Counted from the first letter of the stretch, positions 9,005 through 17,016 are shown. The stretch: DNA of 33,532 nucleotides from a virus (IMGVR_UViG_3300021082_000074:1-33532); one strand, 5' to 3'. Notes: generated by a model from the letters alone, not told the origin. Numbers and translations: made by a program.

Positions 9005-9270
9005 ACAAGCCCATTTGGCTGTCGTTCAAGCGAGACGGAGGAGGACTGATGATTGTGCCGTGGGACGAGATCGGAATCATCTCGACTCTCGTTGCCAACA
9101 AGGGAACGCAAGAGGAGCCGGACCTAGTCATAGACGAGAGCAAGTGCCTCGTTCACGTCAAGTCGATCGACACCAGCATCGTTGTACTTCATCCGGCAGA
9201 GGAAGTCTTGTGCTGGCTCGGTGACGTGGAGTATGTGGCGCCGGAGACGAAGGAGGACGAGCAGTCATGA
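8992..9270 (+). CDS. hypothetical protein
   Basis: RBS AAGGAG; coupled to both neighbours. Confidence 0.7.
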   Translation: MAEVDKPIWLSFKRDGGGLMIVPWDEIGIISTLVANKGTQEEPDLVIDESKCLVHVKSIDTSIVVLHPAEEVLCWLGDVEYVAPETKEDEQS

Positions 9271-9563
9271 TGACCACAACGATGATCTCGGACCATGGGC
9301 CCGAGTTCGATGAGGCAGCCAGGCTCATCCGGAACCTTCAAGACCATCGCTTTGTTGACGAAGCGATCGAGATGGCAAGATCAGCCTTCGAGAAGTACGA
9401 CCCAGCGAAGCACAAGCTGGTCCGAAGAGGGACCAAGATCAACGACGGGCAGATGACTTACAACGACTTCTTCCGTACAGAGACTCCGGACCTATTCCGC
9501 TACTGCCGCAACGTCAAGTCGGCCATCGAAGTCCTCATCATCCTGATCGGAGAGGAGACGTGA
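9267..9563 (+). CDS. hypothetical protein
   Basis: RBS AAGGAGG; ATGA overlap. Confidence 0.7.
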   Translation: MMTTTMISDHGPEFDEAARLIRNLQDHRFVDEAIEMARSAFEKYDPAKHKLVRRGTKINDGQMTYNDFFRTETPDLFRYCRNVKSAIEVLIILIGEET

Positions 9564-9805
9564 TCGCCGGACTCGTCATAACGGTTCTGCTCCTCGCTGC
9601 TCTCTGGTCGTGGAACGAGAGGCTGAAGAAGGAGAAGGACGAGAAGCCAACAAGCAAGGCAAGTCGGATCTTGCCGAACGATCTGGAAGCGAGACTGGCT
9701 CTGGCTATCGAGCGCCGGCACGAGCAGTCTCGCCTCGCCTATCGGATCGACCCAGGGATGGCGCTCGCCAAACAGCTACCAACAGACACAGGAGATAGAT
9801 CATGA
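9560..9805 (+). CDS. small membrane protein
   Basis: GTGA overlap, RBS GAGGAG, N-terminal hydrophobic helix IAGLVITVLLLAALWSW. Confidence 0.7.
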   Translation: MIAGLVITVLLLAALWSWNERLKKEKDEKPTSKASRILPNDLEARLALAIERRHEQSRLAYRIDPGMALAKQLPTDTGDRS

Positions 9806-10266
9806 AGAGGAACGACAAGCTTGCCACCGACTTCGAGAAGGCGATGGCGCTCATGAGGGAACGACCAGAGAAGGTCTTCACGACACAGATGGTCGTCATT
9901 GGGGTAGGAATAGATCCTGCCGAAGAGCCTGACCGAGATCACTCACTCGTCTCGGCTCTGGCCAGGGCAAGCCGAGATCCATCAACCGGCATCAACTCTG
10001 GACGAGTGCGCGGCCACTACTTCTGGAAGAAGCCGGAGCTTCGCAAGCAGACAGAGTTTGAGTTGGCCGTGACAGTCAATTGCCTCACAAGGCTTGCCGT
10101 GGCAGCGATCGAGCGTGAGATCATCGTGGAAGCGCTCGAAGAGATCGACGGAAAGATCCAACAGATTCTCCGTAACCACCACATACCAACTCCTCAGTCT
10201 GACCTGAAAGAGACGAAGAGGATGATCGACAGCAGTGTTGAGAAGCTGATGGGAGCACTATCATGA
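9802..10266 (+). CDS. hypothetical protein (possible N-terminal winged-helix)
   Basis: ATGA overlaps at both ends; the ...SALAR....GI...RVRGHYFW segment resembles a wing. Confidence 0.65.
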   Translation: MKRNDKLATDFEKAMALMRERPEKVFTTQMVVIGVGIDPAEEPDRDHSLVSALARASRDPSTGINSGRVRGHYFWKKPELRKQTEFELAVTVNCLTRLAVAAIEREIIVEALEEIDGKIQQILRNHHIPTPQSDLKETKRMIDSSVEKLMGALS

Positions 10267-11318
10267 ACGACGAGAGAGAAGCCTTCATGCCACTAGAGCC
10301 GGAGAGGGAGCCGGTGTCGATCCGGCGATGGGCCGATGAGCAGCAGTTCGTAGCGCAGCCGATGCTGGCGGATCGAGACGAGAAAGGGAACATCTTGCCG
10401 ACTGTTCGTCTGCTCTGGATGACTCCTGATCCGCTCGGAGCGAACGCAGCAATGGGAAGGATGTACAACGGCATCCCCACCTACTCGCTAGCAGACGTGA
10501 CGGACGAGGAGCGCCGTCAATACTTCAGCGACTCGCTCGCTACACACCTCAAGGCTCCGTTGGAGTCGATTCAGTTCCAGTTCTTCTTCGAGGGAGTGAC
10601 TCGATCCTTCACGCATCAGATGGTCCGGATTCGCACCGGCTGCTACGCGCAGGAGTCGTTGCGCTTCGCCGTCAAGGAGGATCTCGCCGCAGAGATCTCG
10701 GTGCCGCCTTCGGTCGCTGCCCTACCGGCACACCATCCGACTCGTCAGACCTGGGACAAAGCCATCGAGGAGATCTCCGAGCGCTACAACTACCTTGTGG
10801 CGAATGGGATCCCAGCGGAGGACGCACGAGGACTCATGCCGCACGCGGTGACGACTCGCCTCAACATGATCATCGACCTTCGGAACCTCGCAGACCACGC
10901 CGGCAACCGGCTCTGTACACAGGCACAGTTCGAGTGGCGGATTGTCTTCCTAGGAATCGTTCAAGCGATCCGTAACTACACACCGGACTTCTCGTGGAGT
11001 GGCGCTCCTCGCGTGACGGGAGACGAGTGGGAGGAGAAGTACCGTTGGCAGTTCGAGATGCTGGCCGACTCGGCACTGTTCCGTCCGGTCTGCTATCAGC
11101 TTGGCCGGTGCCCGTTCAAGGCGAGCTTCGATCGAGCGTGCTCGATCCGAGAGCGTGTTGACTTTAGATCTCGCAATGGGATGCCATCAAGTGAATGGCA
11201 CATCTCTCAAGCGAATCCTGATAACACTTGGTCGGCTGAATCGCAAGCTATTCGTCCAGCAGAGTGGCTTGCCGATCCGGCTGCCGCTCGCAGAACCTCC
11301 GGCGATGCCGGTCACTAG
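10263..11318 (+). CDS. thyX: flavin-dependent thymidylate synthase ThyX-like protein (divergent motif)
   Basis: HxxPLE, FEGVTRSFTHQMVRIRTGCYAQESLRF, GIPAEDARGLMP and RLCTQAQFEWR. Confidence 0.88.
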   Translation: MNDEREAFMPLEPEREPVSIRRWADEQQFVAQPMLADRDEKGNILPTVRLLWMTPDPLGANAAMGRMYNGIPTYSLADVTDEERRQYFSDSLATHLKAPLESIQFQFFFEGVTRSFTHQMVRIRTGCYAQESLRFAVKEDLAAEISVPPSVAALPAHHPTRQTWDKAIEEISERYNYLVANGIPAEDARGLMPHAVTTRLNMIIDLRNLADHAGNRLCTQAQFEWRIVFLGIVQAIRNYTPDFSWSGAPRVTGDEWEEKYRWQFEMLADSALFRPVCYQLGRCPFKASFDRACSIRERVDFRSRNGMPSSEWHISQANPDNTWSAESQAIRPAEWLADPAAARRTSGDAGH

Positions 11319-11330
11319 AAAGGAAACAAC

Positions 11331-11696
11331 ATGAACAAGGAAGAGATGTTGAAGGACCATTGCCCAGGGTGTGGCTCGCTCCCTCCGTTGTGGAAGGAAG
11401 TTGACTCAGAGATCGAAGGACCAGACGGAGTGGGCCCAAGGTATCACTGCTCCGTTTGTGACGAGTATCGAGTCATCGTGCCATTCGAGGAGATCGACCA
11501 CCAGCCGGTTCGAGGCTCCGAAGTGGAGCGCTGGGTAAAGCACTGGCGCGACAACTATGCCGCTCGGGATGAAGGCGGCAATCCACCCGAGTGGCACGCG
11601 CTCGATGCGCTGCTGGACTCCTATCGAGAGATGGCCGATGCCGGCATGACGATCAAGGAGGCTCGGGAGTTGTCCATGACGGGCAGCGATGAATGA
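11331..11696 (+). CDS. hypothetical protein with Zn-ribbon (CPGC...CSVC)
   Basis: RBS AAAGGA; two CxxC pairs. Confidence 0.7.
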   Translation: MNKEEMLKDHCPGCGSLPPLWKEVDSEIEGPDGVGPRYHCSVCDEYRVIVPFEEIDHQPVRGSEVERWVKHWRDNYAARDEGGNPPEWHALDALLDSYREMADAGMTIKEARELSMTGSDE

Positions 11697-11868
11697 AGAA
11701 CAGAAGGTGGAGCGCCGGAACGAGATCCGTGCGAGGTTCGGGAGGAGCGATCTCCCAAGAGACGTTGAGCGATGCCATACGACCTGCTATGACCCAGCGG
11801 ATTGCTACGCAGCAGGGTGTCAGTTCGCTCGGGATCTTTCTGCCGTATTGGCTCCGGTGGAATCCTGA
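11689..11868 (+). CDS. 59-aa Cys-rich protein (below the ORF-track cutoff)
   Basis: Manual translation MNEEQKVERRNEIRARFGRSDLPRDVERCHTTCYDPADCYAAGCQFARDLSAVLAPVES. It has an 8-bp ATGAATGA overlap with the upstream gene and is followed by a hairpin. Confidence 0.6.
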   Translation: MNEEQKVERRNEIRARFGRSDLPRDVERCHTTCYDPADCYAAGCQFARDLSAVLAPVES

Positions 11869-11886
11869 GCGGATCGGTGCGTGATC

Positions 11887-11920
11887 TGGCCGGAGAGCCG
11901 TGCCCAACGGCTCCCGGCTA
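11887..11920 (+). terminator. 14-bp stem-loop, putative terminator
   Basis: TGGCCGG-A-GAGCCGT [GCCCA] ACGGCTC-CCGGCTA followed by a more AT-rich tract. Confidence 0.55.
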
Positions 11921-11991
11921 TATCCGCTCATTATCTGCTTGAACTGGGGCTTAGAACCAATCCTAGAGGATGGAATAGAGGAGAAACAGGA

Positions 11992-12174
11992 ATGAAACTA
12001 CCTATCAAGACCGAACGCACGCCGGACTCGCTTCGAGCGAGGTTCGGCACGCGGTGGCTGGCCAAACGTCCGTTGGGCGAAGGGATCCACTCGCACGCCT
12101 GGGTTGTGGCCTATGGCCGGACACGCCGGAGCGCCATCCGGAATCTCAAGAAGCTCGAAGGAGGAGCAAAGTGA
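11992..12174 (+). CDS. small basic hypothetical protein
   Basis: RBS AGAGGAG before ATG 11992; stop overlaps the next GTG. Confidence 0.6.
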   Translation: MKLPIKTERTPDSLRARFGTRWLAKRPLGEGIHSHAWVVAYGRTRRSAIRNLKKLEGGAK

Positions 12175-12902
12175 ACAAGCCAGGGATATACCGAAGCTGG
12201 ACCGAAGCCTTCCAGAAGATCGTTGGCTGGATCATCGTCTCGTTGATCTTGCTGATGGTCGTACTGCTGTTGATGGGAGGAGTGTTCTGGACGGTTGATC
12301 ATGTCTTCGGCGCGCCTCTACCGGCGAATGCTCCGGTGGCGAGTGCGAAGGCTGCTGCTCCCTCGTACGATGACGAAGCACGGATGCGTCTCGCTTCGTT
12401 CGGCTACGTCGTGTCGAGTCCGGCTCGATACGAGAAGGCTGTGCGGCACTGGCAGAAGGTCAATGGACTCGTCGTTGATGGAGATGTTGGTACACAGACG
12501 ATCGGCTCGCTACGAGCAGCAGAACCGGCGACTGCTAGCGCTCCGGCAAAGAGGCTCAATCCTCCCGCTCCGGTAGTAACGAGCGCCGGACCTGACTGTG
12601 CCGAGATGAGCGAGTATCGGAAGGCTGCTGGATTGCCGGAGCAGTTCGATTCGATCGGCTACCGGGAGAGTCGATGCGATAACGGCGTTGGCAACTCGTG
12701 CTGCTATGGGTGGTGGGCGAACTACTTGAGCTCACACCTATCGAGAGCCTCTGCGTATCGAGAGCGGATCGTTGGTGAGTGTGGCGTGACGTCCTCCGCT
12801 CGATCGGAGATCCAAGGCGACTCCGATGCGCAGAAGAAGGCACAAGCCTGCGTGACGTACGTCGTGTGGTCGATCTCGGGAATGTCGCCGTGGGCGTTGT
12901 GA
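12171..12902 (+). CDS. membrane-anchored peptidoglycan-binding protein with lysozyme-like/transglycosylase domain
   Basis: RBS AAGGAGGAG and GTG 12171; TM helix; PG_binding_1-like AVRHWQKVNGLVVDGDVGTQT; YRESRC catalytic-Glu motif; ends GMSPW. Confidence 0.75.
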   Translation: MNKPGIYRSWTEAFQKIVGWIIVSLILLMVVLLLMGGVFWTVDHVFGAPLPANAPVASAKAAAPSYDDEARMRLASFGYVVSSPARYEKAVRHWQKVNGLVVDGDVGTQTIGSLRAAEPATASAPAKRLNPPAPVVTSAGPDCAEMSEYRKAAGLPEQFDSIGYRESRCDNGVGNSCCYGWWANYLSSHLSRASAYRERIVGECGVTSSARSEIQGDSDAQKKAQACVTYVVWSISGMSPWAL

Positions 12903-12903
12903 G

Positions 12904-13161
12904 ATGCGCGATGCAGACGGGAGCGATATCCGCAGCCTCTTCAACACGATGCCGAAGGAGTCTCGCCGGCACTCGAAGGACGAAGGCATGCGCGAGGCTC
13001 GGGAACGAGCGATGCAGATATTCGAGGAGCTTGACGAGTTGGAGGACTCCGTTAACAACGGCACTGGTGGCTCGGCTCGACACAAGATACTCGATCGCCT
13101 AGGCGAAGCTATCATGGCAATGGAGTCGGCAGATCTGCCGGACTTCGATGAAGAGATCTAA
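12904..13161 (+). CDS. hypothetical acidic protein
   Basis: Starts 1 nt after the upstream stop; phage-like codons. Confidence 0.65.
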   Translation: MRDADGSDIRSLFNTMPKESRRHSKDEGMREARERAMQIFEELDELEDSVNNGTGGSARHKILDRLGEAIMAMESADLPDFDEEI

Positions 13162-13182
13162 CAACAACAGAAGGAGAGAAAG

Positions 13183-13359
13183 ATGATCAAGTACACAGAA
13201 CAGCTAGGTGCTCTGAGGGTTGAGCTGGTGGTGCCGACTGAGACCATGTCGGCAACGCTGTGCGAGATGACGGTGACGTCAACGGACTCGTCCCTCTACA
13301 CGACGCTGACGAAGAGCGAGTTGGCGGAGTTCGCCAACCGATTGATGACGCTGACGTGA
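13183..13359 (+). CDS. 58-aa hypothetical protein (below the ORF-track cutoff)
   Basis: RBS AAGGAGAG, ATG 13183, MIKYTEQLGALRVELVVPTETM...RLMTLT; stop overlaps GTG 13356. Confidence 0.65.
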   Translation: MIKYTEQLGALRVELVVPTETMSATLCEMTVTSTDSSLYTTLTKSELAEFANRLMTLT

Positions 13360-13622
13360 AAGGGCATCGGATCGTCGTGGGCGCGAGGAGGAGCCGATAC
13401 GTGCCCGTAGTGGCACGAGATCCCCTGGCAACTCCTCGTGTGGCCGGAGGAGGGATCTTCGAGAGCGATCCGATTGAAAGGCTTGATGCCGCTTCTCGTA
13501 GGGAGGAGCGGCACAAGTCCTTCGAGGAGAACCGGGAGACGTTCGAGGACTTCGTGGAGAAGCATGGAGCTTGGAAGCGCATGGCGCGAAAGATCCGAGT
13601 ACGACTAGGGAGGAAGCTGTGA
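13356..13622 (+). CDS. hypothetical basic protein
   Basis: GTGA overlaps at both ends. Confidence 0.55.
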   Translation: MKGHRIVVGARRSRYVPVVARDPLATPRVAGGGIFESDPIERLDAASRREERHKSFEENRETFEDFVEKHGAWKRMARKIRVRLGRKL

Positions 13623-14212
13623 AGGATGAGACGTTTGTGAAGGCAGAGCCGGAGGATGCTGCGATGTTCGGTGGCTTGAGAGAGATCGACTCGCCGGTGG
13701 CAGCAATATCTTTGGCGATTCTTCGAGCACGAGAAGTCGCTGAGCAGTTCCTCGTGCTGCGAGGCGCGAGAGGGATTGATACTGGCCATATGGGTACATC
13801 TGGATATCCATATGAATCGAAGATTATGAGAGATGGCCTGTGGCGCTCGTTTGTCAACTGGCGCTACTTCTCGGTTGATCCTCGTTGGGAGATGTTCGAG
13901 TGGGGACTGCCGGATATCGCTAGCGCAGATGCTGACGCTGGGACCGAGTACGTGGAGAAGGCGCGAGCGCTTCGCTTCGAGGAGTGGCTGATAGGCGAGA
14001 TCGCTCCGGCTGACGAGAGAATCCGGCTCGCTCGCGCATATCGGGAGAGCCTCGCTCCTGGCAGTTCTCGGAAGCACGACCGCACGTTTGCTAACAAGGT
14101 GTTGTGGGCTTACGAGAAAGAGCGAGAGTTGATGACGAGAGCGACCACTACATTCTGGTCTACCGATCCCAAGAAGATCGCCAAGGAGCAGCGGAAGAGA
14201 GGCAGGTCATAG
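13619..14212 (+). CDS. hypothetical protein
   Basis: RBS GGGAGG and GTGA overlap at 13619; 197 aa. Confidence 0.7.
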   Translation: MKDETFVKAEPEDAAMFGGLREIDSPVAAISLAILRAREVAEQFLVLRGARGIDTGHMGTSGYPYESKIMRDGLWRSFVNWRYFSVDPRWEMFEWGLPDIASADADAGTEYVEKARALRFEEWLIGEIAPADERIRLARAYRESLAPGSSRKHDRTFANKVLWAYEKERELMTRATTTFWSTDPKKIAKEQRKRGRS

Positions 14213-14252
14213 TGTGTATCCATTTGATGGCGATCTCTCGATGCTTGAAAGC

Positions 14253-14417
14253 GCCTCGCGAGCGGACGGACGGGAGCGGGCACGCGCTCCTTCCGGTAGG
14301 TGCGAGGAGAAGAGATCAGTGTGGAATGAATTTAGGTGGAGAGGGAGAGAGAGAGTGGGGTGGGGTGGTGGGTCGTAGCACCAACCGGCTGGAGCGCGGG
14401 ACGTACGCTCGCGAGGC
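14253..14417. repeat. nested long inverted repeat enclosing a G/purine-rich tract
   Basis: GCCTCGCGAGCG 14253-14264 / CGCTCGCGAGGC 14406-14417; CGCGCTCC 14283-14290 / GGAGCGCG 14391-14398; CCGGT/ACCGG; GGTGC/GCACC. Confidence 0.85.
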
Positions 14418-14481
14418 AAACAGATGTGTTCAACTCGGTGCCTAGTAATTCGCTCTAGGCCGATCGGAAGGAGAAGGAAAG

Positions 14482-15066
14482 ATGAAGATCATGGCGATAG
14501 ATCCCGGTGGGACTACTGGGTTGGCGAGTGTTGAGGTTGAAGGCAACGATCGTCGTGTTGCGTTCGCTACGGATGACGTGAAGAGGATGAAGGAGACGCT
14601 GAGGGTGGAGCAGCTTGGCACGCCACAGGAGGACTTCGCTGCGTTGAGAGTGTTCGAGAGGATCGTGAATGGAGCACCGGACGTTGTTGTGATGGAGGAC
14701 TTCCGGCTGTTTCCGGATCGAGCGCATGGGCCGAATACTGAGGAGACGATTGCGGACAGATATCTGGCTCGGCTCGATCTGTTGCTGTACCTGTGGAGTG
14801 AGTATGGGATCGTCTGCGCGCCGGTGGGGATGGTTGCTAGCCGATCGTCGTGGGGAAGCCGACATGGAGCGCCGATGGTGGTGAAGTCGATGCCTGGGGA
14901 GAGGATTGCGATCAAGGATGAATGGCTGAAGGAGAACGGACTGTGGAGGACTCCGAAGGCGCACGGCGGTGGGGAGCACTCGATGCAGGCGCTGAAGCAT
15001 CTGGTTGTGACGCTGCGGAAGATCCGGAGCGGGAAGTTGGTTGTTAGTGATGGGAGGAAGTCTTGA
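14482..15066 (+). CDS. RuvC-like Holliday junction resolvase (actinophage type)
   Basis: MAIDPGGTTGLA, VVMEDF and C-terminal helix EHSMQALKHL; RBS AAGGAG. Confidence 0.8.
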   Translation: MKIMAIDPGGTTGLASVEVEGNDRRVAFATDDVKRMKETLRVEQLGTPQEDFAALRVFERIVNGAPDVVVMEDFRLFPDRAHGPNTEETIADRYLARLDLLLYLWSEYGIVCAPVGMVASRSSWGSRHGAPMVVKSMPGERIAIKDEWLKENGLWRTPKAHGGGEHSMQALKHLVVTLRKIRSGKLVVSDGRKS

Positions 15067-15473
15067 GACGGATTGGTGCTCGTTGTGAGGCGCTGATGGT
15101 GGCGTGTGCGATCTCGGCTGCGCCTAGGGAGGCTTGTGGGTTGCTGATTGCGGACGAGAGCGGACAGGCGCTGGAGTATGTGCCGGCGATGAATCTGTCG
15201 GCTGGGTATCTGGACTATTCGATCGACCCAGAGTCACAACGGAAGTACGTTGGGAAGATCTTGGGCGTGTTCCACTCTCATGTCGCTCGGGATGCTGTTC
15301 CTAGCGATGATGATTCGAGACTGGCTGTGGCTGGGCTGCTGTATGTGATCTACTCGCTTCATGATCGAGAGTTCCGAGCTTGGAGGCGGGAGGCTCGTGG
15401 TTGGCGAGAGGTACGGACTACAGCGCTGTTTGGGAGATCACGTGACGATCCTTCAAGCCCTACGATTGGATGA
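15063..15473 (+). CDS. JAB/MPN+ (Mov34, JAMM) metalloprotease
   Basis: PREACGLL plus HSHVARDAVPSDDD gives a complete E...HxHx7Sx2D motif; TTGA overlap. Confidence 0.88.
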   Translation: MRRIGARCEALMVACAISAAPREACGLLIADESGQALEYVPAMNLSAGYLDYSIDPESQRKYVGKILGVFHSHVARDAVPSDDDSRLAVAGLLYVIYSLHDREFRAWRREARGWREVRTTALFGRSRDDPSSPTIG

Positions 15474-15476
15474 CTG

Positions 15477-15836
15477 ATGGACTTTCCAGAGTTTGAGATC
15501 CTTCCAATTTCGGATGCTTGGCCAAGGCCAAAGCGAGGATGGGGAGTCCCACCAGGCTCTCGCCGTATTCAGGATGGATATGTCGCCTTGAAGATCCCTG
15601 ATTGGCATCCTCTCTTCCCATACACAAACAAAGGATGGATAACAGAGCACCGCTATGTCATGGCAAAGAGTCTTGGCCGTCGGTTGGCGAAGGGAGAGAA
15701 CGTTCATCACAAGAATGGTCTCACAACAGACAATGACCTAGACAATCTCGAACTTTGGATCACATCCCAGCCTGCAGGACAGCGAGCCAACGAGAAGAAG
15801 CACTGCGCCTCTTGTACGTGCTTTCATTTGTTGTAG
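15477..15836 (+). CDS. HNH homing-type endonuclease
   Basis: GYV..K...HP...EHRYVM...LGR.L...ENVHHKNG...DN...NLELW; visibly more AT-rich than its neighbours. Confidence 0.9.
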   Translation: MDFPEFEILPISDAWPRPKRGWGVPPGSRRIQDGYVALKIPDWHPLFPYTNKGWITEHRYVMAKSLGRRLAKGENVHHKNGLTTDNDLDNLELWITSQPAGQRANEKKHCASCTCFHLL

Positions 15837-16038
15837 TCGCCTAGGGCGATCGACGGCACCTAGGGTGCTCTGACGGCTTGAGTGGGCTTCTCTCGGCTCT
15901 AGCGGCACCGATCCGTGGGCTAGCAGGGCAGGAGCCGGTGCGCTCGCTCGCTCCGGAGCCGTGGTACTACGCTCGTCAGCCATAGCGGCAGGTTGCCTGT
16001 TTGAAGGGATCTGCTCCCGAGTACCACAAGGAGAGACC

Positions 16039-16299
16039 ATGGCAGTGCGGATGAAGCCGTCCGAGTTTGGCGGCACAGTACAGAGGAACGGGATCGCTCC
16101 TCCACTCACGCCCAACGGTCATACTGGCCATGTTGATCTCTCGGCTGCTGAGAAGGTCCATCTGTTCTACGTCACTGGCCAAGACGAAGATACAACCAGA
16201 GCGCCGGATAACGGCGAAGCCTTCATAGGCATCCTTCCTCTCATAGAAGCGATCGAGGCGATGCCGACTCAGGAGAAGTGGATTGACGCCAATGGCTGA
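16039..16299 (+). CDS. hypothetical protein upstream of terminase small subunit
   Basis: RBS AAGGAGAG, ATG 16039; overlaps the next gene by 8 bp. Confidence 0.65.
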   Translation: MAVRMKPSEFGGTVQRNGIAPPLTPNGHTGHVDLSAAEKVHLFYVTGQDEDTTRAPDNGEAFIGILPLIEAIEAMPTQEKWIDANG

Positions 16300-16834
16300 C
16301 TTGAAGGAGATTCCGAAGAAGCCAGTACACCGTCAGCAGTCCTCTGGCCGTGGCGTGATCCGTATCGCTCAGAGAACAGCAGATCTCATCGACCATCCCG
16401 AGACGGTCAAGGACTGGGACGATGAAGAGTTACATCGTGGGCGAAGGCGCGACAAGAATGGCAAGTTCACCGGACGAGATCCGATCGTGGTTCCGACTGA
16501 CTGTTATCGAGAGATGATGCGCCGGCAGATGCGCAGAGCACAGATGCTCCTAGGCGAGAATCTCGAAGAGGCTGTGAAGTGCCTCACAGAGATCATCGCT
16601 CACTCGAAGGCGGAAGACAAGGACAAGATCAAGGCTGCTCAACTCCTCATCGACCGTGTGATGGGTAGGAATCCCGAGCAAGTGGAGATCAATGTCAAGC
16701 AACCTCTGTTCCTGGGCATCCTCGCCGGAGGGATCGTGCCAGGTCCGCTTCGAGAGATTGAGGCGAAGCGAGACGACTCCGACATCATCGATGCCGTGGT
16801 GGTGTCGGACTCGGATGATCTGGAGTGGGAGTGA
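16292..16834 (+). CDS. putative terminase small subunit
   Basis: VKDWDDEELHRGRRRDKNGKFTG and KIKAAQLLIDRVMGR helical motif; lies upstream of TerL. Confidence 0.7.
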   Translation: MADLKEIPKKPVHRQQSSGRGVIRIAQRTADLIDHPETVKDWDDEELHRGRRRDKNGKFTGRDPIVVPTDCYREMMRRQMRRAQMLLGENLEEAVKCLTEIIAHSKAEDKDKIKAAQLLIDRVMGRNPEQVEINVKQPLFLGILAGGIVPGPLREIEAKRDDSDIIDAVVVSDSDDLEWE

Positions 16835-16902
16835 CGACGTCACTGGCTAGGTCACGCTGGGTGTCGCACAGAAGGTATCTCGACAAGCACAAAGGAGAAG
16901 AG

Positions 16903-17016
16903 ATGGGCAAGAGCAAGCGAGGCTTCGGAGGGAAGAAGGCAGCGCCATTCAAGAAGGGTGGAGGACGTAGCACGAACTCACCACGTACAGCGAAGGGAAC
17001 TCCGCGCAAGCGGTGA
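16903..17016 (+). CDS. 37-aa highly basic peptide
   Basis: RBS AAAGGAG; MGKSKRGFGGKKAAPFKKGGGRSTNSPRTAKGTPRKR. Confidence 0.6.
   Translation: MGKSKRGFGGKKAAPFKKGGGRSTNSPRTAKGTPRKR

Noticed and set aside
11693-11991. ORF-track calls 11693-11884 and the 11881 start of the next ORF
   Set aside because: The 11689-11868 frame is more protein-like and ends before a hairpin. The next gene has a clear RBS at ATG 11992.
14104-14445. 113-aa + ORF and 70-aa - ORF across the inverted-repeat region
   Set aside because: They overlap the upstream gene, lack an RBS and translate low-complexity G-rich DNA. The region is better explained as non-coding.
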